Below, one piece after another: positions 1 to 9,709 of a stretch of 64,000 nucleotides of DNA; the first letter of the stretch is position 1, and each line of letters opens with the position of its first letter. Both the position numbers and the translations under genes were made by a program. The DNA is from Spirochaetia bacterium. Lineage in GTDB: Bacteria; Spirochaetota; Spirochaetia; UBA9216. The notes under the pieces were generated by a model. The model saw nothing but the letters and a program-made list of their open reading frames with translations, searched no databases and had not been told where the DNA came from. The DNA lies in the NCBI GenBank assembly GCA_963675665.1, contig OY776510.1:4352001-4416000 (forward strand), written 5' to 3'.

Positions 1-178
1 AGTCGGGAAGACTCAGATCGAGGATCACAACATCAGTGTTTTCAGGATTAAACGATTCCGTAAAATCACCTGCACACGAATAGCTTCCTGTCAGCTCAAT
101 ATCTTTCTGATCTGAAATCAGCCTTGCAATACCTTCACGAATAAGCTGATGGTCATCAATTATTACAACTTTTATCAT
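1..178 (-). CDS. Response regulator, N-terminal receiver (NarL-like, truncated by the window edge)
   Basis: Reverse strand from the ATG at 178 reads MIKVVIIDDHQLIREGIARLISDQKDIE...DVVILDLSLPD. The ATG overlaps the stop of the upstream kinase (ATGA). Confidence 0.85.
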   Translation of the reverse strand, partial: MIKVVIIDDHQLIREGIARLISDQKDIELTGSYSCAGDFTESFNPENTDVVILDLSLPD

Positions 179-1404
179 CACTCATAATATGGAAGACTGA
201 AAATTATTTCAGTTCCGTTCCCCGGATTACTGATGATTTCAAAATCACCTTCACAGAATAATACTCTTTCCTGCATATTCATGATACCGAAAGAGATCCC
301 TGATGACGAACCGTTTGTATCAAAACCGCATCCGTTATCTTTAATTGAAAAATTAAGAATATTTCCATTTTTCTCTATACTAATTTTAACATTATCGGCT
401 TTGGAATATTTGGCAATATTATTAAGAGCTTCCTGAAAAACCCTGAATACTGCAACATTTCTGTCTGCACCCAAATTCAGGTCTTTAACCTTGATATCTT
501 TGGATATAGAAATTTTAGTATTCTTCTCACACTGTTTAGCAAGCCAAATAACTGCTTCATCCAGATTATATGTATCAAGGATAACAGGCCTGAGATCAAG
601 CGTCAGCTTTCTTGTTTTTTCCACTACAGAATCAAGCTGCCACCTGATTTCATTTTTCAGCGACTCTGTTTTTTCATTTACCGGAGTATCATTAGAAATG
701 GAATCTTCCAAAAGCGTCAGCATCATTTCGAGAGCTGTTAACTCCTGCCCAAGATCATCATGGATTTCACGAGCTATGTATGCATTCTGTTCCTCCCTGG
801 ATTTCTGCAGATGATGAGAAAGCTTTCTTAACTGTTTATGCGATTCTACCAAATCTGTTTGTATTTTTTTATTAATATCTATTTCAGCCCTGAGTTTTTT
901 TGTAGTCTTGTTAAAATCATTCAGAATAACAAGATTGGCAATTCTCTGTTTTTCATTTTTATCCAATATATCCTGCAGCTCTGAAGTTTTTAATTTTAAA
1001 ATAGTTTCAGCCTCTTTAATTGAAGTAATATCAGTATGTGTTCCGATAATCCTGTGTATATTTTCTTCAGCACCCTTTAAAATCTTTCCCCTGATCAGGA
1101 TATTGATCCAATAACCGTTTTTATGTTCTACCTTTATATCAAACTCAAAAGAAGTTTTTAATTCTTCAAGTGCATGCTTCTGCATATTCATATATTTAAT
1201 TTTACTTTCATCATCCATTTTTTTAATAAATTCATCACTGTCATCAGGAAACTCAGTCTCAAGATATCCCAGCATTGTCTTGCAACCAAAAGAATAATAA
1301 ATCTTGCCGGTTTCAATAATCAATTCAAAAAAACCGATACCTGATGTCTCTTCAACAAGTTTAAGAAGTTCGTACTCTTTAATATTACAATCAGCATCTG
1401 TCAT
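178..1404 (-). CDS. PAS-domain sensor histidine kinase (HisKA_3/UhpB-NarX type)
   Basis: N-terminal PAS/PAC; H-box IAREIHDDLGQ; N-box FQEALNNIAKYS; G-boxes IKDNGCGFD and GNGT. Confidence 0.92.
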   Translation of the reverse strand: MTDADCNIKEYELLKLVEETSGIGFFELIIETGKIYYSFGCKTMLGYLETEFPDDSDEFIKKMDDESKIKYMNMQKHALEELKTSFEFDIKVEHKNGYWINILIRGKILKGAEENIHRIIGTHTDITSIKEAETILKLKTSELQDILDKNEKQRIANLVILNDFNKTTKKLRAEIDINKKIQTDLVESHKQLRKLSHHLQKSREEQNAYIAREIHDDLGQELTALEMMLTLLEDSISNDTPVNEKTESLKNEIRWQLDSVVEKTRKLTLDLRPVILDTYNLDEAVIWLAKQCEKNTKISISKDIKVKDLNLGADRNVAVFRVFQEALNNIAKYSKADNVKISIEKNGNILNFSIKDNGCGFDTNGSSSGISFGIMNMQERVLFCEGDFEIISNPGNGTEIIFSLPYYE

Positions 1405-1415
1405 TTTATTCCCGC

Positions 1416-3860
1416 TTATATGATCTCATATTTTGGAGGTTTGTCCATTTCAACAAGAAATTTATTCACCTCCTTTCTTAAATCATTTATAAGTAATTCC
1501 CTGTTAACCGAAGCCTCGTTAAAAATCTCCAACTCTCTCAATGTCTTTCTCATTCTATTTTCAACTTTTTCCTGGTAAACAATTTTTCCTATAATTTCGG
1601 CAGTTATCTTGAGACGTTTTTTTGACTGTTCAATAATAAACGGAGGTCTTGATTTATAAGTGACAGCTGCATCCATTAACCTGTTTTCAGAAACGTTGAA
1701 CAATTCCGAGATTTTTTCAATTTCAGCTTTACTTTCCGGCGGGTTTCCGTAGCCGATATTTATTGCACCGATTATTTCATCCCCGGCAAAAATGGGTTCC
1801 GCATACAGACGAATCCCGCCTGTGCATGTTGTATCAGTGCTTCTGCCGCTCTTTATGGCAGTTAAAGCCGAATCGTTCCAGCAACATTCATGGCATAACC
1901 ATTTTCCGCTGCGAAGCGCTTCTGTATTATCATCCGTGTGACACAATTTTCTGGAAGATTCATCCAGCAGAAGGCACCATTGTGAATAAGAAACACTATA
2001 CGCACTTTTTCCGTCCTTCTCAAAAACCTGAAGCGATGTATCAATAAGCTCCATAATATCATTAGCTAAAAGCTCCAGCATCTTCTTCCCTACACAACAT
2101 AGAATGCTTCCGTCTTTATTCAACTCTGTAATATCTCCGTAATAGGGCCGGCTCTTATTGCCGATTAACTTCTGTTTGTCTGATTTCTCCAGCAGCCATT
2201 CGAATTCCCTCATTTTTAATTCATTCTCTTTCCGTTCGAAGATCGGCCTTGTAGAACCCTGAAACCCTGAGGGCAATCCCATATCATTCAGAATCAATTT
2301 GCCCGAGATCTCAACTGGTACTTCACTTCCGTCTTTATGAAGCATCACAGCTTCAAATGTCGTTGACTTAAAGTTTTTATAGGTTTTTACTGCCTTTGCT
2401 GTTTCAGCAGTCATTTTTATAAATTCTTTTTTTGTTGCATGCTGAAAGAGGAACGTTCCTGTCCATTCTTCCGGCGTATATCCGAAAATTTCGGATATTG
2501 AAGGACTAACATATATGAATTTAAGTTCTAAATCCATCTGCCAGATTATATCTATTGAATTCTCGGCAATTAAACGAAATTTCTCCCTGCTTTCATTCAA
2601 CTCGGAACGATCAATTCCCAAAATAATCGCACCGATTATTTCGTCATTAATGTTTTTAAGAGGATAAAGACTCATTGCCAGATCTATCATTTTATTTTTT
2701 GGGTTTTCAACAATTCTGTTAAAATGAAGAACCTCGCCGGAAAGACACTTGTCAATTTGAGGTTTAAAGAAACTATTATATACGTCCTGTTCAATCACGT
2801 CGGAAACTTTGAGATGAAGAAAATCTGAAACATCCCTTTTATGATATGAAGCATAAAATTTATTGACTGCCAGATATCTATAATCCTTTGAAATAATAGC
2901 GACAGGCTCCGGGATTTTAATTAAAGATTCTCTAAATGAATTTTCCATATTTTCAGTATTGATTCGATGTATTGCCCTGCCTATACTCTTTGCCAAATCA
3001 ATTAGAATTCTTTCCATATCTTTAATGCTTACCAATGAATCATTCACACTTACTACGATTTTACCGTAATGTTCATCACGAAAGCCGATTGTTGAACAAA
3101 AAATACCAACTTCAGAATTATTTTTAACAAAAAAACATTTTTCGCTGCTTTTAACCTTTTCGTTTAAAATAAATCCCGGTTTTCGGCTTTCCGAACCATT
3201 AAAACATGATAAAAACCTGCAGTTATTAAAATCTTCATTCGAAAAATTACGACTTTCACCTTCTACAGCACAGAATCTTCTTTCCATACCTTCCGGGATT
3301 TTTAATATTATTATGGCGCTGTAGAAAACAGCATTTGCAGTAAGGCTGCAGACTAGTTTAGCCGGTAACTTCTCATATTCCAGGGAACCTGCCAGAATAC
3401 TGTTAATCTCATTCTTTGTCTGCAGAATACTGTTTAATTCCAGAAGTCTGTCATTTGCAGCTTTTCTTTCTTTTTCGCTGACAGACAGTTTAATATAGAT
3501 TTCAAAATTAAATTTAAAAGCTTCTTCATCAATAGATTTGCTGATATAACCGTCGGCGCCTGCAACTTTGCCCCTGTTTCTGTCCTCAAGCAAAAAGGAC
3601 TTTCCGGAATACAGCACAACAAGAACATCTGAAAACTCAGGAACAGCTTTAATTTCGCCGCATATGTCAAATCCGTTTTCATTATTCAACAGGATGTCAA
3701 GAATAATAATATCAGGTTTAACATTTGCCAGCAGAGCAAAACATTCGGCCCTTGAAGAGGCTTTATATACTTCATGGTCAAGCGATCTAATCATTCGTTC
3801 AAGCAACATCAGTGTTAATCTATCATCATCAACAACAAGAAACTTAATAGAGTTGTTCAT
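1416..3860 (-). CDS. Multi-sensor protein: receiver, GAF-like, 2x PAS and PocR-like domains, no output domain
   Basis: Receiver motifs LVVDDD, IILDI and YISK; PAS motifs (IYVSPSI..IFGYTPEEW); Cys-rich PocR-like region (WC...CHECCW...TCTGGIRLYAEPI). Confidence 0.8.
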   Translation of the reverse strand: MNNSIKFLVVDDDRLTLMLLERMIRSLDHEVYKASSRAECFALLANVKPDIIILDILLNNENGFDICGEIKAVPEFSDVLVVLYSGKSFLLEDRNRGKVAGADGYISKSIDEEAFKFNFEIYIKLSVSEKERKAANDRLLELNSILQTKNEINSILAGSLEYEKLPAKLVCSLTANAVFYSAIIILKIPEGMERRFCAVEGESRNFSNEDFNNCRFLSCFNGSESRKPGFILNEKVKSSEKCFFVKNNSEVGIFCSTIGFRDEHYGKIVVSVNDSLVSIKDMERILIDLAKSIGRAIHRINTENMENSFRESLIKIPEPVAIISKDYRYLAVNKFYASYHKRDVSDFLHLKVSDVIEQDVYNSFFKPQIDKCLSGEVLHFNRIVENPKNKMIDLAMSLYPLKNINDEIIGAIILGIDRSELNESREKFRLIAENSIDIIWQMDLELKFIYVSPSISEIFGYTPEEWTGTFLFQHATKKEFIKMTAETAKAVKTYKNFKSTTFEAVMLHKDGSEVPVEISGKLILNDMGLPSGFQGSTRPIFERKENELKMREFEWLLEKSDKQKLIGNKSRPYYGDITELNKDGSILCCVGKKMLELLANDIMELIDTSLQVFEKDGKSAYSVSYSQWCLLLDESSRKLCHTDDNTEALRSGKWLCHECCWNDSALTAIKSGRSTDTTCTGGIRLYAEPIFAGDEIIGAINIGYGNPPESKAEIEKISELFNVSENRLMDAAVTYKSRPPFIIEQSKKRLKITAEIIGKIVYQEKVENRMRKTLRELEIFNEASVNRELLINDLRKEVNKFLVEMDKPPKYEII

Positions 3861-3939
3861 ATTTTAATTATCAGAAATGGCAATGTAATAATCAAGTTTT
3901 TACATTATTTTCTCAATAGTAAAGCGATTATTACATAGT

Positions 3940-5055
3940 TCAGGGCCGGGGTAATTCCGATAAAAGTTTGGTTTGATTCTCCCGGTTGAATTTAAGTTCG
4001 TAATGGAATTTCAGTTTCCGGTAGTAATCAAGCTCGATAAAATCGGTAGGTTTAATTTGTCCGTCCTCTTTCTCAAAATAATTAAGTTCGGAATATTCCA
4101 GTAATTTATACAGAAACTGCGAACAAAACAGGATGTTGGGTTTGACGGAAAGTTTTAAGACCAATCCAAGCATGTTATAGGCGTTTCCAGTCCTGTTTAT
4201 ATCGGCAACTTTTTCAATTAACAGGCGTTTCTGTTCCCTGGGAACTGCCAGCCTGTAAACAATTATAGAGGCATCGTCATTCTTGTTAAACCATTCAATC
4301 ATTTCGGGATTTAATCCAGGGGGATAAAGATTTTCACCGCCGTTGTAACTGATAATGGTTTCAAGATTTGAATCAAACGAGACGGAAACATGGTTATAAA
4401 TCTTTTTCGTAAATAACGATATTATCTTGCTGGCGGAGCTTCCCGTATTTGATAGTACAATATAAATATTTTCATCATTAATAGTATCATAGGCTTTTTC
4501 AAAATATTCAGGAGTCAAAGAGTTTTTATTTATATATCTGAATGAACTATGCCGGGGCAAGTCTTTCATTATCGAAATAATATCATCATAAGTGACTGTT
4601 TCCTTGATCTTCTTTAGATTGCTGATACTGTCTGCAATTGCTTTTCCGTATAAAAACGAATCAGAATAACTGATTGTATCTTTGTCAATAACTGAAGGGA
4701 CATCATAGGAATCATATTTGGTAACAACTACAACCTGTTCTATAATAAAGGGAATAAAAACCAGCACTGCGCCGATAATTTTGCTGAACATCAGGCTGGC
4801 GCCTGTATTTCCCGGTTCAAATATTATCAAAACATTAAAAACCAGTTCAATAACCATTATCCCGGCAAAAATGATAATGAGATAAATTTTGCTTTTTCGA
4901 CTTCCGCCCCGTAATAAGTTTTTAAAAACAATGAAAACAAAAGCAAATATATAAACAAGATTAAATAATATAAAATTGCTGAAAAAAATCAGTACAAACC
5001 CAATAAAAACAGCAGCTAACGGGTACAGTATGTTTTTCATTATTCTAAACTTCAT
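3940..5055 (-). CDS. Membrane protein with C-terminal permuted papain-like (NlpC/P60-type) domain
   Basis: About 4 hydrophobic N-terminal helices; His motif YNHVSVSFD precedes Cys motif FCSQF. Start placed at the ATG at 5055, after AAGGGA. Confidence 0.6.
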   Translation of the reverse strand: MKFRIMKNILYPLAAVFIGFVLIFFSNFILFNLVYIFAFVFIVFKNLLRGGSRKSKIYLIIIFAGIMVIELVFNVLIIFEPGNTGASLMFSKIIGAVLVFIPFIIEQVVVVTKYDSYDVPSVIDKDTISYSDSFLYGKAIADSISNLKKIKETVTYDDIISIMKDLPRHSSFRYINKNSLTPEYFEKAYDTINDENIYIVLSNTGSSASKIISLFTKKIYNHVSVSFDSNLETIISYNGGENLYPPGLNPEMIEWFNKNDDASIIVYRLAVPREQKRLLIEKVADINRTGNAYNMLGLVLKLSVKPNILFCSQFLYKLLEYSELNYFEKEDGQIKPTDFIELDYYRKLKFHYELKFNRENQTKLLSELPRP

Positions 5056-5222
5056 TTTATTCCCTTGATTAATTCTGAACAACACAACCGGTTGATTATA
5101 TGCAACTCACATTACATATCCGATACTCTTTAAAGATTCTACTATCACTTATGACAACTTTCAATATTTTTCCATAGAATCATGATTGACAATATACTGA
5201 CATGTATTTCACCGCCAGTTTT

Positions 5223-5999
5223 CTATCTGCTGCCCATTGATATAATTTCATTCCGGGCCGACTCCTGTAAAATATTTATTTCAGGTTCTCCGTAATAATA
5301 CAGCTTTCCTTTCCCCGACAGCCCCGCCTCAAGATGATCAACAACCCACAAAACCGCGTCTCCTGAAGAACCCAGTTTTACCGACGATGAACAAGCTTTA
5401 AAACTTTCCCCGAAAAAACTTCCTGATGAAGAAACCTTCAGATTCAGATGTCCTGTTTCTCCGGATATGCAAAAATTGCCTGAACTTCTCATATTTACAT
5501 CCATTGTTGAAGAAATTCCGTCCGCAATAAATAAATCTCCCGAAGAATCTATCAGTATTTCAATATCGCCTGCATGAAGAGTACCGATTCTGATACTTCC
5601 CGATGAGGTTGTTTTAATTACCAACTTCTCTGCATTCAGAGATTCCGCTTCAATTGCTCCGGAACTGCTTGTTTCCAGAAAGTATATATCTTTTACATAT
5701 AGAGTAATAACCGGCTCGGCTGTCCTGCGTGTAAAAATGCCGCGATAACCAATATGAAGTGTTTTTCTTTTTACGAAGGATGTTACTCGTCTGACAATCC
5801 CCGGCGGGGCATCTATAGTCATATACTCTTTATTACCTTGCACCAGAATCAGCTTTCCAGCTGTTTCGAATGATACATTATTGAATCCGCTTACATCACG
5901 TTCGCTTTTTTCCCGGGAACCTGAAGCCTGAACTGATACGGTAACAAAAAAAAACAGGCAGAATATTATTATACAGAGCGCTGCAGACGGTAATTTCAT
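5223..5999 (-). CDS. Secreted GIN/DUF2807-type beta-helix protein
   Basis: Signal peptide; repeated S-S-S-G-x-I/L/F units; C-terminal SGKGKLYYYGEP. Confidence 0.8.
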   Translation of the reverse strand: MKLPSAALCIIIFCLFFFVTVSVQASGSREKSERDVSGFNNVSFETAGKLILVQGNKEYMTIDAPPGIVRRVTSFVKRKTLHIGYRGIFTRRTAEPVITLYVKDIYFLETSSSGAIEAESLNAEKLVIKTTSSGSIRIGTLHAGDIEILIDSSGDLFIADGISSTMDVNMRSSGNFCISGETGHLNLKVSSSGSFFGESFKACSSSVKLGSSGDAVLWVVDHLEAGLSGKGKLYYYGEPEINILQESARNEIISMGSR

Positions 6000-6107
6000 T
6001 TTTTCAATTCCTTTATTTCAATTCCTGATACTCGAAATCTTCAATATTTATTTTTAATTTGGATTATAGCAGATAGTATCACTTGAAAAATTAACATAAG
6101 TTTATTT

Positions 6108-6743
6108 TCAGTTCTTTTTTAATCCTCTCCTGATCCGGCTTAAAGTGACTGGACTTATACCCAGGAATGAAGCGATATGATATTGTCGGATGCGTTTTTC
6201 AATATCAGGGTATCTTTCAAGCAGATTTCTGTATCGCGTTTCTGCATTTTCAGACAGCAATTCTTTTTCCCTTTTTTCCTTTTCATTATAAATTTCCTCC
6301 ATATACTTTGTGTTTATAATCTGCCAGCAGATATTACCCTGTAACATTTTCTTATAGTCATTCAAGGAGATATATAATAAAACCGCTTCCTCCATTGCCT
6401 GAATGCTGAACCATGAACGCTGATTCTCAAGCGATGAATTAAACGCCGACAGGAACCGGCCTTCTTCCCGAAAAGCAAGGGTTTTATCCTCGGCCGATTC
6501 TGAAATGAAAAAAACCCGGAAAATTCCTGAAGCAATAAAGGCAACCTTATCCGGAATATCGCCTGCCTTTAAAAAAAAATCATTTTTACCAAGATACATC
6601 AATTTATGTAAGCCTAAAACTTTTTCCCATTCTTCGGATGGAACATCGGTAAAATTGCTTACAACCGAATTAAAACGTTCATACCAGATTTTTTTGCCAT
6701 TTTGCATAGAAAACATATTATATAATTTTTTTTTACGGAGCAA
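6108..6743 (-). CDS. Crp/Fnr family transcriptional regulator
   Basis: cNMP-binding fold; C-terminal HTH QYHIASFLGISPVTLSRIR. Confidence 0.9.
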   Translation of the reverse strand: MLRKKKLYNMFSMQNGKKIWYERFNSVVSNFTDVPSEEWEKVLGLHKLMYLGKNDFFLKAGDIPDKVAFIASGIFRVFFISESAEDKTLAFREEGRFLSAFNSSLENQRSWFSIQAMEEAVLLYISLNDYKKMLQGNICWQIINTKYMEEIYNEKEKREKELLSENAETRYRNLLERYPDIEKRIRQYHIASFLGISPVTLSRIRRGLKKN

Positions 6744-6893
6744 TATAAATAACCTTCCATTCCACGCTGTGCACGTGACCGGTTTATTTTTAGTTTTGGG
6801 GATATTTAAAAACTGCAGTTTTTAGATATCTTCCTTGAATGTAATGCAATGAATAATCGAAATTAATGTAATTATCCATTATATAACACAGTA

Positions 6894-7907
6894 CTAATTC
6901 AGTTTTTTTACAGAGCCCCTGATGATTAATTTTACAGGCAAACAGATTCCCTGTGGAATCGAATGGGACTCTTTATTATTGATTTTTTCAAGTAAAAGCG
7001 AAGCTCCGATTTTACCCATCTCATTTGTGGCCCGGCTGATTACCGTTACTTTAGGATTTGAGAATTTAGCCAGCTCATTATCGTCAAACCCGACAAGAGA
7101 TATATCTTTACCCAGTTCTATGTCTAAGTTATGTATGGCTTTTAATATGCCGCGGCAAATATTTTCATTGGCGGCAAAAATAGCAGTTGGCGGATCCTCC
7201 ATATTTAGAAGGTCTTTTGTGTTGTTATATCCGTCAGATTCAGTCCAGTCGCAAATGCGTATATATTTATCGTCCGGTTTTATATCATATTCTCTCATAG
7301 CCTGGTCAAATCCCCAATACCGCTCCTGACCTACATTCAGTTCTTTAGGGCCGGTAATAATTGCAATTTTTTTATGTCCCATTTTTATCATATGCTCAAC
7401 AGCAATATAAGATCCCCGGAAATTATCAACTGAGACAGAATCAAAGGAATAATCATTATTAAAACGATCAACGAAAACAATTGGTTTTGAATAATCAGTG
7501 TAGAATGACAGATCCGGAGTAGATGGAATAACTATGGCGCCGTCTACAGACCTGCCCATTGTTCCATTAATAAAAGCATGTTCTTCCAGGCTGCTTCCGT
7601 TGCTCGAAAAAACCATGGTAAAAAATCCCTGGCTTTTAGCAATTTCTTCAATACCCTGGACAACACTTAGAAAGAACGGTGTATTCAAATCCGGAACAAG
7701 TGCAACAATCACCTTTGACTGCTTTTTCACTATGGATACCGCAGCATAATTTGGCACGTAGTTCATTTTTTTTACGGCATCAAGAACTTTTTTTCTTGTC
7801 TCATCGCTTACCCTGTCTCTTCCGTTCATAACCCGTGAAACAGTCGATACAGAGAGATTAAGCATTCTGGCAACATCTGTTATGGTCGGCGCTTTTTTCA
7901 TTTCCAC
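6894..7907 (-). CDS. LacI family transcriptional regulator
   Basis: HTH TITDVARMLNLSVSTVSRVMN; YVPN hinge; sugar-binding domain with GFDD. Confidence 0.95.
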   Translation of the reverse strand: MEMKKAPTITDVARMLNLSVSTVSRVMNGRDRVSDETRKKVLDAVKKMNYVPNYAAVSIVKKQSKVIVALVPDLNTPFFLSVVQGIEEIAKSQGFFTMVFSSNGSSLEEHAFINGTMGRSVDGAIVIPSTPDLSFYTDYSKPIVFVDRFNNDYSFDSVSVDNFRGSYIAVEHMIKMGHKKIAIITGPKELNVGQERYWGFDQAMREYDIKPDDKYIRICDWTESDGYNNTKDLLNMEDPPTAIFAANENICRGILKAIHNLDIELGKDISLVGFDDNELAKFSNPKVTVISRATNEMGKIGASLLLEKINNKESHSIPQGICLPVKLIIRGSVKKLN

Positions 7908-7929
7908 TCTTGTTTTATCAGATGATCAA

Positions 7930-7958
7930 ATTATATAAATATTGATACCCAATGTCAA
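7930..7958 (-). promoter_or_regulatory. Sigma70 promoter of the lacI-family gene
   Basis: Reverse strand reads TTGACA-N17-TATAAT, a perfect consensus. Confidence 0.8.
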
Positions 7959-7974
7959 GTGGAAACGTTTTTAT
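7959..7974. promoter_or_regulatory. Secondary LacI-type operator
   Basis: GTGGAAACGTTTTTAT is an imperfect copy of the 8088-8103 palindrome and abuts the regulator's -35. Confidence 0.65.
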
Positions 7975-8052
7975 ACTAAAAACAGCAAAAAAAAGAAAAT
8001 ATTGGCAAATATTAGGCTAATAACAGGCTGTAAACAATAAAAATATTTGTTA

Positions 8053-8081
8053 TTGACAAATATCAGGGCCTACCCTATAAT
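8053..8081 (+). promoter_or_regulatory. Sigma70 promoter of the ABC/GH172 operon
   Basis: TTGACA (8053-8058), 17 nt spacer, TATAAT (8076-8081). Confidence 0.85.
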
Positions 8082-8087
8082 ATTCCA

Positions 8088-8103
8088 GTAAAAACGTTTT
8101 TAC
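8088..8103. promoter_or_regulatory. Primary LacI-type operator
   Basis: Perfect 16-bp palindrome GTAAAAACGTTTTTAC with a central CG, located at the predicted transcription start. Confidence 0.8.
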
Positions 8104-8192
8104 AAGATTCCTGTTTTACAATGGTTATATCTAAAATCACTGTAAATTTCAGACACAAAAGATTTCTATCAGGCCTTACAGAGGATTAAAAC

Positions 8193-9701
8193 ATGAAAAA
8201 GAATGATGAAGTTATTTTAAAAATTAACGGAATAAGCAAATCTTTCGGGCCGACAAAGGCGGTCGTTGATGCGAAAATCGATATCTTCAAGGGAGAAGTC
8301 AGGGGCCTGATTGGTGAAAACGGTTCCGGAAAATCGACTTTGTCAGCAATTATTGCGGGAGTTTTAAGGCCAGATAATGGTCAAATGTACTTTGATAACG
8401 AAGAATTCAGCCCGTTAAACGTTATTGAGGCCCGTAAAAAAGGTGTAAGCATCATTTCGCAGGAAGTTGGAACTATAAATGACCTGACTGTTGCCGAGAA
8501 TATCTTCCTCGGCAAGGAAGATCATTTCTCAACATCAGGCCATGTTCATGTAAAAAAAATGATTGCGGCTTCAAGAGAGATTTTAATAAAAATCGGAGCT
8601 CCGCATATTGCTCCGGAAGAATCTATTAATAATGTATCGTTCGAAAACAGGAAACTTATTGAGGTTGCAATGGCGATGTACAACAATCCCCGTTTGCTGA
8701 TTCTTGATGAAACCGTTACCGCACTAACGCATAAAGGACGAGAAATAATATATAAATTGATAGAAGAGCTAAAAAAAGACGGAAACACAGTCATTTTCAT
8801 TTCACATGATCTTTCCGAGCTTGAAACGGTAAGCGACAGAATTACGGTGCTGCGCGACGGGGAAGTTGTCAGAACCCTGTCCAGGGAAGAGATCAATGTG
8901 GACCTTATGAGACAGCTTATGATTGGGCGTGACCTGGAAGGACATTACTACAGGGCCGATAATGAACCCACATATGAAAAAGAAGTTGTTTTAGATATTA
9001 AAAACATTTCACTGGGACAAAAACTGCTGAATGTTTCACTTGAACTACATAAAGGGGAAATCCTGGGAATAGGAGGACTTACAGACTGCGGAATGCATGA
9101 ATTCGGGAAGATCATGTTCGGAGCGGAGAAAGCGGATTCCGGTACCGTTAAGATAATGCCTCAAGGCAGAGAAATAAAAAAAGCAAGCCACGCAGTTAAA
9201 TATAAAATTGGATATTTACCCAAGAACAGAGAACATGAAGCAATGATGACAGCGGCAAGCGTCAAGGAGAATATTGTTTTGATGTCTCTTGACAAACTTA
9301 AAAAATTCTCACTGATAACAAGAAAAAGCGAAAAACATCTTGCGGAAAAAATGGCCGACATCCTGAACATAAAGATGACTTCAGTAAACCAGCAGTGTTC
9401 GAATTTAAGCGGAGGGAATAAACAGAAAGTAATAATTGCCAAATGGCTGGCAAACGATTCCCGTATATTGATTATGGACTGTCCGACAAGAGGTATAGAT
9501 GTCGGAGTCAAGGCGGCCATTTATCAATTGATGTCCGATTTCAAAAAGGCCGGAAAATCCATAATCATGATTTCAGAAGAGCTGCCCGAGCTTCTTGGCA
9601 TGGCTGACAGGATCATGGTTCTCAAGAACGGCGAAGTGTCGGGAAACTTTTCAAGATCGCCCGACTGGGATGAATCCATGATTATACAGAAAATAATATA
9701 A
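8193..9701 (+). CDS. Sugar ABC transporter ATP-binding protein (CUT2, RbsA/MglA-like)
   Basis: Walker A GENGSGKST; second domain LSGGNKQKV and PTRGIDVG. Confidence 0.95.
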   Translation: MKKNDEVILKINGISKSFGPTKAVVDAKIDIFKGEVRGLIGENGSGKSTLSAIIAGVLRPDNGQMYFDNEEFSPLNVIEARKKGVSIISQEVGTINDLTVAENIFLGKEDHFSTSGHVHVKKMIAASREILIKIGAPHIAPEESINNVSFENRKLIEVAMAMYNNPRLLILDETVTALTHKGREIIYKLIEELKKDGNTVIFISHDLSELETVSDRITVLRDGEVVRTLSREEINVDLMRQLMIGRDLEGHYYRADNEPTYEKEVVLDIKNISLGQKLLNVSLELHKGEILGIGGLTDCGMHEFGKIMFGAEKADSGTVKIMPQGREIKKASHAVKYKIGYLPKNREHEAMMTAASVKENIVLMSLDKLKKFSLITRKSEKHLAEKMADILNIKMTSVNQQCSNLSGGNKQKVIIAKWLANDSRILIMDCPTRGIDVGVKAAIYQLMSDFKKAGKSIIMISEELPELLGMADRIMVLKNGEVSGNFSRSPDWDESMIIQKII

Positions 9702-9709
9702 GGCGGAGG

